Of a DNA stretch of 64,000 bases, positions 30,928 through 40,992 are shown piece after piece. Source of the DNA: Acidobacteriota bacterium (lineage in GTDB: Bacteria > Acidobacteriota > Thermoanaerobaculia > Gp7-AA8); assembly GCA_019244185.1 (NCBI GenBank), contig JAFATB010000014.1, positions 352,001 through 416,000 of the forward strand. Direction: 5' to 3'. Position 1 is the stretch's first letter; every line of letters begins with the position of its first letter. A program made the translations under genes and the position numbers. Under the pieces are notes generated by a model, which saw only the letters and a program-made list of their open reading frames with translations, was not told the DNA's origin and made no database searches.

Positions 30928-32313
30928 ATGAAGCTCGATCCAACCTCTGACGAGTTCCGCGCCGCCGCTCACCGCGCGGTCGACTGGATCGCCGACTACC
31001 TCGATCACATCCGCGACTACGACGTGCTCTCGCGCGTGCAGCCGGGTGACATTGAGAAGCAGTTCGCGGCGCAAGCGTCCGAGGATGGCAAGCCGTACGA
31101 CGAGCTGCTGCGCGACTTCGAGACGAAGATCGTTCCCGGCATCACCCACTGGAACCATCCCGCGTTCTTCGCCTACTTCAGCAACACCGGCTCGCAAGCC
31201 GGCATCCTCGGCGAGCTGCTCTGCGCCGCGCTCAACGGCAACGGCATGCTCTGGAAGACATCGCCGTCGCTGACCGAGCTCGAGACGCTGTCCTTGCGCT
31301 GGCTGCGCGACGCGCTCGGCCTGCCGAACGATCTCTTCGGGATCATCAACGATACCGCGTCGATCAACGTGTTTTTCGCGCTCGCGGCGGCCCGCGAAGC
31401 GTTGGGTCTCGACATCCGCGGCAAAGGGATGACCGGCCGCGATCTGCCGCCGCTGCGCGTGTACTGCTCGGAGCACGCGCATTCGTCCGTCGACAAAGCC
31501 GCGCTCGCGCTCGGCTTCGGGCAGACCGCGATCGTGCACATCGCCAGCGGTGACGACTTCCGCATGCGTCCCGAAATGCTCGCGGAAGCGATCGCGCGCG
31601 ACCGTGCGGCGGGCGCGCTGCCGTGCGCGGTCGTGGCGACGCTCGGCACGACGTCGACGGTCGCCATCGATCCGCTGCCGGAGATCGCCGCCATCGCGAA
31701 GCGCGAGCATTGCTGGCTGCACGTCGACGCCGCGTACGCCGGCTCCGCCGCGATCGTGCCGGAGTTTCAGTGGCTGTGGCGCGGCATCGAGCACGCCGAC
31801 TCGATCGTCGTGAATCCGCACAAGTGGCTCTTCACGCCGATGGACTGCAGCGTCCTCTACACGAAGCGCCCGGACGTGCTGCGGCAGACGTTCTCGCTCG
31901 TGCCGGAGTATCTGAAGACAACCGACACCGCCGAGATCAACTACATGGACTACGGCCTGCAGCTCGGCCGCCGCTTCCGGGCGTTGAAACTCTGGCTCGT
32001 CCTCGAGCACTACGGCCTCGAGCGGATGCGCAACACGCTGCGCGATCACGTGCGCTTCGCCGAGCGCCTCGCGGACGAGCTGCGCAAACGCAACGACGTC
32101 GAACTGCTCGCGCCGCAGTCGTTCAGCGTGGTCGTGTTCCGTCTCAAAGCGGGCGACGACGCGACGATGCAGCTGATGGAACGCATGAACGCCACCGGCA
32201 AGCTGTTCGTCTCGCACACGAAGATGCGCGGCCAGTACGGGATCCGTGTCGCGATCGGCAACGGTGCGACGGAATGGGAGGACGTCGCGCAGGTCCTCGC
32301 GTTTTTGGGCTGA
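30928..32313 (+). CDS. PLP-dependent group II (aromatic-L-amino-acid-type) decarboxylase
   Basis: PGITHWNHPAFFAYF, HSSVDKA, LHVDAAYAG, NPHKW and LGRRFRALKLW. Confidence 0.93.
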   Translation: MKLDPTSDEFRAAAHRAVDWIADYLDHIRDYDVLSRVQPGDIEKQFAAQASEDGKPYDELLRDFETKIVPGITHWNHPAFFAYFSNTGSQAGILGELLCAALNGNGMLWKTSPSLTELETLSLRWLRDALGLPNDLFGIINDTASINVFFALAAAREALGLDIRGKGMTGRDLPPLRVYCSEHAHSSVDKAALALGFGQTAIVHIASGDDFRMRPEMLAEAIARDRAAGALPCAVVATLGTTSTVAIDPLPEIAAIAKREHCWLHVDAAYAGSAAIVPEFQWLWRGIEHADSIVVNPHKWLFTPMDCSVLYTKRPDVLRQTFSLVPEYLKTTDTAEINYMDYGLQLGRRFRALKLWLVLEHYGLERMRNTLRDHVRFAERLADELRKRNDVELLAPQSFSVVVFRLKAGDDATMQLMERMNATGKLFVSHTKMRGQYGIRVAIGNGATEWEDVAQVLAFLG

Positions 32314-32322
32314 CGCCCCGCG

Positions 32323-34158
32323 CTACGGCGCCGCTTCCGCGTGCGCCGCGATCTGCGCGATCACCGCGTCGCCGAACGCCTCCAGCTTCGCGTCGCCGAT
32401 GCCGTAGATGCCGCGCAATTCGTAGCGCGTCGTCGGGCGGGCGCGGGCGAGCTCGCGCAGCGTTTTGTCGCTGAAGATTACATACGGCGGCACGCCGCGC
32501 TCTTCCGCCTCGGAACGGCGCCACGCGCGGAGCACGTTGAAGAGATCCCGATCGTACGGGCCGTCATCCACCGCGGGACGCCGCGCCGGCGACGAGGACG
32601 CCGAGCCGGCGACGCGATCTTTCTTCCGCACCGCCGGCTGCCGCAGCTTCACTTCCGCGTAGCCTTTGAGCACGTCGCGCGCGCGGCTGCCGAGGCGGAG
32701 CGTGGGGTATTCGGCGTTCGTCTGGAACAGGAAATCCTGCGCGATCAGCTGGTAGATCCATTCGCGCACGTCGTGGCGCGTGCAGCCTTTCAAGAGTCCA
32801 TACGTCGACAGTTGATCGTGCCCGCGGTCGCGGATCTTTTCCGTGTCTTCGCCGCGGAGGATGCTCACCACGTGCGCGACGCCGAACGACTCGCGCACGC
32901 GATAGACGCACGACACGATCTTCTGCGCGACCACGAGCGCGTCCTGCACCTCCTCGGTCTCGCCGAGGCAGAGATCGCAGGCGTTGCAGCGCTCGGCGTC
33001 GTAGGACTGGCCGAAGTATTCGACGAGAGCGCGGTGGCGGCACGTCGCGCCGGCGCAGTAGCGGTCGATGTCCTGCAGATGCCGCAGCGTCGACGCCGCA
33101 TGCTGCGGATCGGCCGCGGTGTCTCCGAGCATCGACTTCCACGTCATGAAGTCGGCGCCCGAGTAGAGCAGCACGCACTCCGCCTCTAGACCGTCGCGTC
33201 CCGCGCGTCCCGATTCCTGCTGGTAGTGCTCGATCGACTTCGGCATCGCCGTATGCAGCACGAAGCGCACGTTCGAGCGGTCGATGCCCATTCCGAATGC
33301 AACCGTCGCCACGACGAGATCGCACTTTTCATTCGAGAACCTGTCCTGCGCCTCGCGTCGCTCGTCCTGCGAGAGTCCCGCGTGATACGCGACGGCGTCG
33401 TGGCCGCGGCGGCGCAACTTCTCGGCGAGCGAGTCGACGTCCCGGCGGCGCATGCAGTAGATGATGCCGGCCTCGCCGCGGTGGCGCTCGATCACGTCGA
33501 CGACCTGCTTCGCCTCGTCTTCGCGCGCGAGGACGCGATACGTGAGATTCGGCCGGTCGAAATCGCCGACGAGCTCCAGCGGCTCGCGCAGGCTGAGCTC
33601 GTTCGCGATGTCGCGCCGCACCTCGGGCGTCGCGGTCGCGGTGTACGCGTGCACGGCGGCGCCGGGAAACTCCTCGCGGATCGCGCGCAACTGCCGGTAC
33701 TCAGGACGGAAGTCGTGTCCCCAGTGGCTGATGCAGTGCGCCTCGTCGATGGCGAACGTCTTCACGTTGGCGATGCGCAGCAGCTCGCGGAACTGCGGCG
33801 TGGCCAGGCGTTCCGGCGAGACGAAGAGCAGCTTCGCGCGGCCGGCGAGCACGTCGCGCTCGGTCGCGCGGAGCTCGTCGAGCGACTGCGAGCTGTTCAG
33901 CTGCGCCGCGTGCACGCCGCATTCGCGCAGGCCGTCGACCTGGTCTTTCATCAGCGAGATGAGCGGCGAGACGACGACGGTGACGGACTCCTGCAGCAGC
34001 GCCGGCGCTTGGTAGCAGAGCGACTTGCCGCCGCCGGTCGGCATGACCACGAGCGCGTCGCGGCCGGACAGCGCGGCCAGCATCGCTTCCTCCTGTAGAG
34101 GTCGCAACGACGAGTAGCCCCAGTGCTTTTGGATGACGTCGAGGAGGCGGGCCTTCAC
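32323..34158 (-). CDS. recQ: ATP-dependent DNA helicase RecQ
   Basis: MPTGGGKSLCYQ, DEAHCISHWGHDFRP and YQQESGRAGRDG, with RQC Cys cluster and HRDC domain. Confidence 0.97.
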   Translation of the reverse strand: MKARLLDVIQKHWGYSSLRPLQEEAMLAALSGRDALVVMPTGGGKSLCYQAPALLQESVTVVVSPLISLMKDQVDGLRECGVHAAQLNSSQSLDELRATERDVLAGRAKLLFVSPERLATPQFRELLRIANVKTFAIDEAHCISHWGHDFRPEYRQLRAIREEFPGAAVHAYTATATPEVRRDIANELSLREPLELVGDFDRPNLTYRVLAREDEAKQVVDVIERHRGEAGIIYCMRRRDVDSLAEKLRRRGHDAVAYHAGLSQDERREAQDRFSNEKCDLVVATVAFGMGIDRSNVRFVLHTAMPKSIEHYQQESGRAGRDGLEAECVLLYSGADFMTWKSMLGDTAADPQHAASTLRHLQDIDRYCAGATCRHRALVEYFGQSYDAERCNACDLCLGETEEVQDALVVAQKIVSCVYRVRESFGVAHVVSILRGEDTEKIRDRGHDQLSTYGLLKGCTRHDVREWIYQLIAQDFLFQTNAEYPTLRLGSRARDVLKGYAEVKLRQPAVRKKDRVAGSASSSPARRPAVDDGPYDRDLFNVLRAWRRSEAEERGVPPYVIFSDKTLRELARARPTTRYELRGIYGIGDAKLEAFGDAVIAQIAAHAEAAP

Positions 34159-34178
34159 TGGCGACGATTATCGCATCT

Positions 34179-34736
34179 GTGCTATTTGTCGCCGCCGTGC
34201 AGACCCTTCTCGCGAACGCGCGCTACACGCGAGCCATCGACGCGGTCGCCGAACTGCTCGCGCGGCTGCGCGTCGACGCGATCTTCGTCGGCAACATCGC
34301 CCGCGCGGCGTGGCTCGGCGGCGAAGTCGAATCCGGCACCATCGACGTCCTCGTGCTGATGGCCGAGCCGCAGAAGAATCAGCTGGCGATGATGGCGTCG
34401 AACCGCGGCTTCCGCGTCGAGCGCGAGGAACTGCAGGCCGCCGACGAGCTCGACCTCGTGCCGATCGGTTTCCGCGACGACGAGGGCGAGGTGCGCGTGT
34501 TCGTGCTGCTCGCCACGAATGCGCTCTACGCGAAGATGGTGACGGCGGGACGCGAGACGATGTTCGGCGAGCGCCTGCTGCGCGTCCCGGCGCCGGAGGA
34601 TCTCGCGCTGATGCTGATGATGGCCGAGGATGACGGCACGCTGCGCAGTCTCACGGAGTTGCCGGAGTTCGACCTCGCCGCGTTTCGCGAACGGCTGACG
34701 TCGATCGGATTGGGCGGACGGGTGGCGGCCGAATGA
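34179..34736 (+). CDS. Hypothetical protein, possible degenerate nucleotidyltransferase fold (start could be 34197)
   Basis: IFVGNIARAAW...TIDVLV and RVPAPEDLALM resemble NTase-superfamily proteins; ATGA overlap with rnd. Confidence 0.65.
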   Translation: MLFVAAVQTLLANARYTRAIDAVAELLARLRVDAIFVGNIARAAWLGGEVESGTIDVLVLMAEPQKNQLAMMASNRGFRVEREELQAADELDLVPIGFRDDEGEVRVFVLLATNALYAKMVTAGRETMFGERLLRVPAPEDLALMLMMAEDDGTLRSLTELPEFDLAAFRERLTSIGLGGRVAAE

Positions 34737-35851
34737 AGTGGATCGATCGTCAGGACGCGCTCGATGCCGCGCTCGCACGGGTCGGCGCGCAGAGCGAGAT
34801 CGCCGTCGATACCGAGGCGGACTCGCTGCATTCGTACTTTGACAAAGTCTGCCTCGTGCAGATCTCGCTGCCGGATGAAGACCTGATCGTCGATCCGCTG
34901 GCGGGCATCAACCTCTCGAAGTTCGGCGAGGTGCTCGCCAATCCCGCGGTGACGAAGATCTTCCACGGCGGCGACTACGACCTGCGCATCATGAACCGCG
35001 ACTTCAACTTCACGGTGCGCAATCTCGTCGACACCTCCGTCTGCGCGCAGCTCCTCGGATACGAAGGCATCGGCCTCGCCGCGCTGCTCGACCGCCACTT
35101 CGGTTTGAAGCTGAACAAAACGCATCAGCGCGCCGACTGGTCGATGCGTCCGCTGCCGCCCGACATGCTCGAGTACGCGTCGACGGATACGCACTATCTC
35201 GCCGCGCTCGCCGCGAAGCTGCGCGAGGAACTGGTCGCGCTGGGGCGGTGGGAGTGGGCGCTCGAGGAGTTCGCGCGCCTCGAGAACGTTCGCTACAAGG
35301 AGAGCGAGGACGACGGCGAGTCGTGGCGCAAGGTCAAGAACATCGGCGCGCTCGACCGGCGCTCGCTGGCGATCGTGCGCGATCTCTACCGCTGGCGCGA
35401 TGCGCTGGCGCGGAAGGCCGATCGTCCGCCGTTCAAGGTCCTCGGCAACGACGCGCTCGTCGAGCTCGCGCGCGTGAAGCCCCCGTCGCTGCGCGAGCTC
35501 GCGGCGGTGAAAGGCCTGCCGCGCTATCACGTCGACCGCTACGGCCGCGAGCTCGTGAACCTCATCCGTCGCGCGATGGAGATCCCGGAAGCCGAGCTGC
35601 CGGAGAAGAACGAGCCGAAGCCGTGGATCCGCGACAAAGCGCTGGAAGGCCGCATCGAACGTCTGAAGCGCGTGCGCGACAAGTTCGCGAAGGAGCTGAA
35701 GATCGACGGCTCGGTACTAGCACCGCGCCACATCCTCGCCGCCGTCGCGACGACCGGCTCCCTCGACGCCCCCGCGATGCGCGAGTGGCAGAAGAAGCTC
35801 CTCGGCGACGCGTTCCTCGACGCGCTGAAGCCCGAAGCCAAGCTGTTCTGA
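34733..35851 (+). CDS. rnd: Ribonuclease D (DEDDy exonuclease plus HRDC)
   Basis: AVDTEADS, CLVQIS, KIFHGGDYDL and DWSMRPL...YASTDT, plus an HRDC domain. Confidence 0.92.
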   Translation: MKWIDRQDALDAALARVGAQSEIAVDTEADSLHSYFDKVCLVQISLPDEDLIVDPLAGINLSKFGEVLANPAVTKIFHGGDYDLRIMNRDFNFTVRNLVDTSVCAQLLGYEGIGLAALLDRHFGLKLNKTHQRADWSMRPLPPDMLEYASTDTHYLAALAAKLREELVALGRWEWALEEFARLENVRYKESEDDGESWRKVKNIGALDRRSLAIVRDLYRWRDALARKADRPPFKVLGNDALVELARVKPPSLRELAAVKGLPRYHVDRYGRELVNLIRRAMEIPEAELPEKNEPKPWIRDKALEGRIERLKRVRDKFAKELKIDGSVLAPRHILAAVATTGSLDAPAMREWQKKLLGDAFLDALKPEAKLF

Positions 35852-35875
35852 CGCGCGCGTTACAATGCGCGCCGC

Positions 35876-36877
35876 ATGGAACGGGAACGCGTTACCGACT
35901 ATCAGGTCATCATCATCGGATCGGGGCCGGCCGGTTGCACGGCCGCGCTGTATCTCTCGCGCGCGAACATCAAGGCGATCGTGCTCGAAGGGCTGCAGCC
36001 CGGCGGACAGCTGACGATCACGACGGACGTCGAGAACTATCCCGGATTTCCGGAAGGCATTCTCGGGCCGAAGCTGATGGACCTCATGCGCCAGCAGGCC
36101 GAGCGTTTCGGCGCGGTCTTCCGCGCGCTGGAGCCGGTCGAGAACGTGAACTTCCGCACGCATCCGTTCGAAGTGCAGACCGATCAGCGCTTGTATGTGG
36201 CGCCCGCGGTCATCGTCGCGTCCGGCGCGTCGGCGAAGCAGATCGGGCTGCCGTCCGAGCAGGCGCTGCAGGGCTTCGGCGTGTCGTACTGCGCGACGTG
36301 CGACGGTTTTTTCTTCAAGAACAAAGAGATCGTCGTCGTCGGCGGCGGCGACTCGGCGATGGAAGAGGCGACCTTCCTCACGAAATTCGCGAGCAAGGTC
36401 ACGGTCATCCACCGCCGCGAGGAGCTGCGCGCGTCGAAGATCATGCAGGAGCGCGCGCTGTCGAACTCGAAGATCGAGTTCGTGTTCAACACGACCGTCG
36501 ACGAGGTGATCGGCACGAAGGAGAACGGCGTCACCTCGCTCAAGCTCCGCAACCTCAACACGAACGAGGTCACGGACTTTGCGACGCAGGGCCTCTTCGT
36601 CGCCATCGGCCACACGCCGAACACCGCGCCGTATGTCGGCCAGCTCGAGCTCGATCAGGCGGGCTACATCTGCCTGCCGCATCGCCATTCGACGGTGACG
36701 AACATCCAGGGCGTCTTCGCCTGCGGCGACGTCGTCGACCACATCTACCGGCAGGCGATCACCGCCGCAGGCAGCGGCTGCCAGGCCGCGCTCGACTGCG
36801 AGCGCTGGCTCACGCACCAGCGCATCACCGAGCGCTGGGGCCTCGCGCAGGGCGAGGAAGAGCGCGTCGACACGTAG
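35876..36877 (+). CDS. trxB: Thioredoxin-disulfide reductase
   Basis: IIGSGPAG, GGQL, VSYCATCDG, VGGGDSAMEEA and YRQAITAAGSGC. Confidence 0.97.
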   Translation: MERERVTDYQVIIIGSGPAGCTAALYLSRANIKAIVLEGLQPGGQLTITTDVENYPGFPEGILGPKLMDLMRQQAERFGAVFRALEPVENVNFRTHPFEVQTDQRLYVAPAVIVASGASAKQIGLPSEQALQGFGVSYCATCDGFFFKNKEIVVVGGGDSAMEEATFLTKFASKVTVIHRREELRASKIMQERALSNSKIEFVFNTTVDEVIGTKENGVTSLKLRNLNTNEVTDFATQGLFVAIGHTPNTAPYVGQLELDQAGYICLPHRHSTVTNIQGVFACGDVVDHIYRQAITAAGSGCQAALDCERWLTHQRITERWGLAQGEEERVDT

Positions 36878-36955
36878 GCGGAAACGCAGCCCCCCGTTCG
36901 GCAGGTCGTGAAACGCTTCAGCCCTCGCTCGCACTAATGAGGTGGAGGTGTGAGC

Positions 36956-37291
36956 ATGAGAATGAGGCTTGTTGTGATCTCTTTAGCGGCGATCGCGTTG
37001 GTGACGCGCGATGCATCGGCAAAGTGGATGGCGTGCTGCACGAACGGCATCGCGTACACGGCAGACACGCTGAGCGGCCAGTGGACACCGGCGGGTGGAT
37101 GTGCGGACGGACCGTGGATGATCGAATATCGCGCCATCCCCAGTGGTGGCGGGAAGAAGGTCGACATCCTCAAGCAGACGGTTGGATCGTTGCCCGTCGC
37201 GCTCGAACGTCAGCGTGCGAATGACACGTTCACGAAGCCCAAGAACAGGAAAGAGTGGGTCGCTCGGCTGCAGGAGCGGGGCAAACCGTAA
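36956..37291 (+). CDS. Small secreted Cys-containing hypothetical protein
   Basis: GGAGG SD at 36944-36948; signal peptide ending DASA; mature N-terminus KWMACC. Confidence 0.7.
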   Translation: MRMRLVVISLAAIALVTRDASAKWMACCTNGIAYTADTLSGQWTPAGGCADGPWMIEYRAIPSGGGKKVDILKQTVGSLPVALERQRANDTFTKPKNRKEWVARLQERGKP

Positions 37292-37320
37292 CAGCGTCCA
37301 CGGCGAGCGCCACGTCCTTC

Positions 37321-37351
37321 AAACAAAAAAGGCCGCCCTCGCGGGCGGCCT
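37321..37351 (-). terminator. Rho-independent terminator of the M23 gene
   Basis: Stem aggccgccc/gggcggcct followed on the minus strand by a T-run. Confidence 0.85.
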
Positions 37352-37374
37352 CGCTCCTTGCGTGAGCGACTGGT

Positions 37375-38247
37375 TCAGAACGCGTTGAGGATGTACTCGA
37401 GCGGGTTCACCGGGTTGTTGTTCACGCGGACCTCGTAGTGGAGGTGCGGGCCGGTGGAGCGGCCGGTCGTGCCGACGAAGCCGATGATGTCGCCGCGCTT
37501 GACGTGCTGGCCGGGGTGGGCGTTGAAGCTGGAGAGGTGGCCGTAGCGCGTCGAGTAGCCGTAGCCGTGGGAGATGTAGATCACGTTGCCGTAGCCGTTC
37601 GCCCATTCGGCCTTGATCACGATGCCGTCGGCCGGCGCGCGCACGGCCTGGCCGATGGCGGAGGAGATGTCGACGGCGTTGTGCTGGCCCGGCTCACCGG
37701 TGAACGGATCGCTGCGGCCGCCGAAGCCGTCGGTGAGAATGCCGCGCACGGGCGCGATCGACGGCGTGGAGGAGAGGAGCTGCGACTGCGCGACGAACTT
37801 CTGTTCGAGCACCGCGAGATCCTTCTGCAGGTTGCGCGAGCGGAAGCTCATCTTGTCGATGTCGTCGCGGTACGGATTGTTCGAGTCGTCGTTGCGCACA
37901 CCGCCCGAGCCGCCCTGGCTGGTCTCGTCGAGCGTGGTGATGCCGGCGATGATGGCCAGCTTGCGGGTGCGGTCTTCGACGGTGTGGAGCTGGCCGCGGA
38001 GCGATTCGACCGAGCGGCTGAACTGTTCGTTGGCGGTCTGCAGCTCTTTGTTCTCGCGGCGCAGCTTCGAGAGCTCGTGCGTCTGCGAGAGAGAGGTGAA
38101 GTACTGCACCGAGAAGAACGTCGAGAGGCAGAGCGAGGAAGTGACGACCGAGATCAGCGAGAAGAGCAACCGGTGGGACACCTTCAACTTTCGGAACTTG
38201 GCCCGCGCGTGCGGGACAAAAATGATCGTTGAATAGCGCTTATCCAT
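37375..38247 (-). CDS. M23 family peptidoglycan metalloendopeptidase with coiled coil
   Basis: HNAVD, YGN, STRYGHL and GRSTGPHLHYEV; N-terminal TM anchor. Confidence 0.94.
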   Translation of the reverse strand: MDKRYSTIIFVPHARAKFRKLKVSHRLLFSLISVVTSSLCLSTFFSVQYFTSLSQTHELSKLRRENKELQTANEQFSRSVESLRGQLHTVEDRTRKLAIIAGITTLDETSQGGSGGVRNDDSNNPYRDDIDKMSFRSRNLQKDLAVLEQKFVAQSQLLSSTPSIAPVRGILTDGFGGRSDPFTGEPGQHNAVDISSAIGQAVRAPADGIVIKAEWANGYGNVIYISHGYGYSTRYGHLSSFNAHPGQHVKRGDIIGFVGTTGRSTGPHLHYEVRVNNNPVNPLEYILNAF

Positions 38248-38514
38248 GCGTGCTCCCCGTGAACGAATTAGTGAACTGGGCCGTTCGTGAGCGCGTATTC
38301 TGGTCAAGTCGGGCGGGGGAGTCAACCTCAAAACCGCCCTATTACGGAAGGTGCCGGCATGGAGGTAAACCCTCGAAAAACAAGCACTTGTCGGCACGAT
38401 TTATGGCGAAACCGCATATTCGTCCGCGATTCCGGCTTGTTCTCGTCCATATACGCAAATAACACTCGGAGCGCACGAAACGTCTCCACGACCGATGCTA
38501 GAATCCCGCGCCTC

Positions 38515-38940
38515 ATGCGAGCGGACTGGCACACGTACTTCATGGGCATCGCCTCCCAGGCGGCCACGCGCGCGACCTGCCTCCGCAAGCACGTCGGCGC
38601 GGTGATCGTCCGCGACCGCACCGTGCTCTCGACCGGCTATAACGGCTCGGTGCGCGGTTTACCGCACTGCGAAGACGTCGGCTGCGTGATGGAAGACGGC
38701 CACTGCGTGACGACCGTGCACGCCGAGGCGAACGCGATCCTGCAGGCGGCAAAGAACGGCGTCTCGGTCGACGGCGCGGAGCTCTACACGACCGCCTCGC
38801 CGTGCTGGAACTGCTTCAAGCTGATCGCGAACGCCGGCATCCGCAAGATCTACTACGGCGAGTTCTATCGCGACGAGCGCTCGCGCGAGACGGCCGAGAA
38901 GATCGGCATCGAGCTCGTCGACCTGAAGATGAAGGCGTGA
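38515..38940 (+). CDS. dCMP deaminase / ComEB family protein
   Basis: W..YFM.IA...ATRATC, VGAVIV, STGYNG, HAEANA and SPCWNC. Confidence 0.92.
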   Translation: MRADWHTYFMGIASQAATRATCLRKHVGAVIVRDRTVLSTGYNGSVRGLPHCEDVGCVMEDGHCVTTVHAEANAILQAAKNGVSVDGAELYTTASPCWNCFKLIANAGIRKIYYGEFYRDERSRETAEKIGIELVDLKMKA

Positions 38941-39542
38941 GCGCGATGCTCGTCCTCGCCGCCGACACGTCGCTCCCGATCCTCTCCGTCGCGCTCATCA
39001 ACGATGAAGCGCTGATCGGCGCGCTCGCGCTCGAAGGGCGCGGCTCGCGCAACGAGAAGCTGCTCCCCGCGATCGACTGGCTGCTCAGCGAAAACGGCAT
39101 CGACCGCCGCGCGATCGAGCTCTTCGCCGTCACGCGCGGCCCGGGCTCCTTCACCGGCGTCCGCATCGGCCTCGCCACGATGCAGGGACTCGCGCTCGCA
39201 CTCGGCAAGCCGGTCTGCGCGATGTCGACGCACGAGGCGCTGGCGTACGGCGAGAGCGGCCGCGTGGCGGTCGTCGACGACGCGGGCCGCGGCGAGTCGT
39301 ACGTCTCCGTCTTCGACGAGGCCCGCGAAGTCCTCGCCCCGCACCTCGGCACGCCGCCCGCCGATGCGCGCGTCGTGCACGCGAACGAGCTGCTGCAGCG
39401 CGACAACGTTGCGCTCCGCTGCGCGCGGCGCGCGCTGGCGATCGAGCGCGCGGGCGACGGCGCGCGCTACCGCGACGTGACGCCGATCTACGTGCGGCTC
39501 GCGGAGGCCGACGTCAAACTGCAGCAGAAGCAGAATGCCTGA
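38937..39542 (+). CDS. tsaB: tRNA threonylcarbamoyladenosine biosynthesis protein TsaB
   Basis: LAADTS, GPGSFTGVRIG and PIYVR; next to rimI. Confidence 0.92.
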   Translation: MSAMLVLAADTSLPILSVALINDEALIGALALEGRGSRNEKLLPAIDWLLSENGIDRRAIELFAVTRGPGSFTGVRIGLATMQGLALALGKPVCAMSTHEALAYGESGRVAVVDDAGRGESYVSVFDEAREVLAPHLGTPPADARVVHANELLQRDNVALRCARRALAIERAGDGARYRDVTPIYVRLAEADVKLQQKQNA

Positions 39543-39978
39543 CGCGCTCACGATCGGGCCCGCGACGCGTGCCGATCTCGACGCCGTGCATGGGTTGGAG
39601 ACCGAGGCGTTTCCGGCGCCGTGGCGCCGCGAGTTCTTCGACAGCGAGCTCGCCGCCGACTGGCGCTTCAATCTCGTGGCGCGGCGCGACGGCGCGCTGG
39701 TCGGCTACCTCTTCGCGATGTGGCTCTTCGACGAGATGCACGTGAACAAGATCGCGGTCGCGGAGTGGGCGCGAAGGCAGGGGATCGCCGGCGCACTGAT
39801 GGCGCGCTGCTTCACGTTCGCGCGCGAGCACGGCGTGAAGACGATCTCGCTCGAGGTGCGGCGCTCGAATCACGGCGCGCAGGATTTCTACCGGCAGCTC
39901 GACTTCAAGCCGTCATACGTGCGGCCGCGCTACTACCCCGACGGCGAAGCCGCGGTCGTGATGACGCGCGACCTGTGA
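39535..39978 (+). CDS. rimI: Ribosomal-protein-alanine N-acetyltransferase
   Basis: FPAPW, RRQGIAG, LEVRRSN and RPRYYPDGEAAVVM. Confidence 0.92.
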   Translation: MPDALTIGPATRADLDAVHGLETEAFPAPWRREFFDSELAADWRFNLVARRDGALVGYLFAMWLFDEMHVNKIAVAEWARRQGIAGALMARCFTFAREHGVKTISLEVRRSNHGAQDFYRQLDFKPSYVRPRYYPDGEAAVVMTRDL

Positions 39979-39981
39979 TCG

Positions 39982-40992
39982 TCAATCCGGCCAGCGCAGC
40001 GAATACTGCTTCGGCCGCACGAGCTGCGCGCGCACCGCGTCTTCGACTTCGGTCGCGCTGACGATGACGTTCGCGTGGCGCTCCGCGTGCGCGAGCTGCT
40101 CGGACGTGATCTTGTCGTCGCGCAGCACCGCCGCGAGCGGATCGGGCTGGATCCAGCGGCCTTCCAGCGCGGCGATGCCGGCGAAGAGATCGACCGGCTC
40201 GATGGTGAGCTCCTGTTTGTCCGGCGCGTGAATGACGATGCGCGCCGGGAAGGGGTTGTAGACGAGGTCCGCCTCCTCGGCGAACGTCGTCGCGCGGCCC
40301 TCACTCGCATCGAGCTTGTCGGCGAGCGTCTCCATCGCGTGGCGCACGTTCTCGACGAGCGGCTGCTCGTCCTCCGTCACCATCGGATCGTTCCCTGCCT
40401 CGTCTTTCTCATCGAGCACCGCGGCGAAGACGTAGCGCGCGCGGTCGGAATGTTTGTCGAGATACGAGTAGAGGTGCTGCACGGCGTTGAAGTAGTGCGC
40501 GACGTCGCCGCTCCACGCCGACAGCGCCTCCTCGAACTCGCGCCGCTGTTCGCGCGTCGCGCGGGAGCTCGTGCCGGGATAGAGCGTCAGCTCGCGCCAG
40601 CCGTCGCCGCGGACGAGACTCACCGTCACGTTCATGTCGGAGAAGATGCGCTGCAGATCGTCGGCGGGGATGCGCACCGCGCGCGTGACGCGATCGAGCG
40701 TGCCGCGGCTGCGATCGAACGTGAGTCGCTCCGATTCCGGCGAGAGTCGCGCGAAGCGCGCGGACCACGCGTCGGTGCCGGCCACCGCGGCATCGCGCGC
40801 GGTGTCGATGCGCGTGCGCATGGCGCTGTTCGCCGGCTGCGACAGGAAGTCCGTCTGCACGGTGACGCTCACGAGGTCGCCGTCGCGCGAATCGGCGAAG
40901 TCGATCGTCACCTCGTCGCTGACCGGCACGCGCGCGCACGCGGTGATGACGGCGAGCAGCGCAACGAGCGCGAGTCCGAGTCGCCGGCGCAT
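39982..40992 (-). CDS. Hypothetical lipoprotein
   Basis: MRRRLGLALVALLAVITAC lipobox; start overlaps the stop of the lolC/E-like gene. Confidence 0.8.
   Translation of the reverse strand: MRRRLGLALVALLAVITACARVPVSDEVTIDFADSRDGDLVSVTVQTDFLSQPANSAMRTRIDTARDAAVAGTDAWSARFARLSPESERLTFDRSRGTLDRVTRAVRIPADDLQRIFSDMNVTVSLVRGDGWRELTLYPGTSSRATREQRREFEEALSAWSGDVAHYFNAVQHLYSYLDKHSDRARYVFAAVLDEKDEAGNDPMVTEDEQPLVENVRHAMETLADKLDASEGRATTFAEEADLVYNPFPARIVIHAPDKQELTIEPVDLFAGIAALEGRWIQPDPLAAVLRDDKITSEQLAHAERHANVIVSATEVEDAVRAQLVRPKQYSLRWPD

Noticed and set aside
36878-36950. Riboswitch or ncRNA in the intergenic regions 36878-36950 and 38250-38510
   Set aside because: No conserved aptamer motif that I recognise; an Rfam/Infernal scan would be needed to settle it
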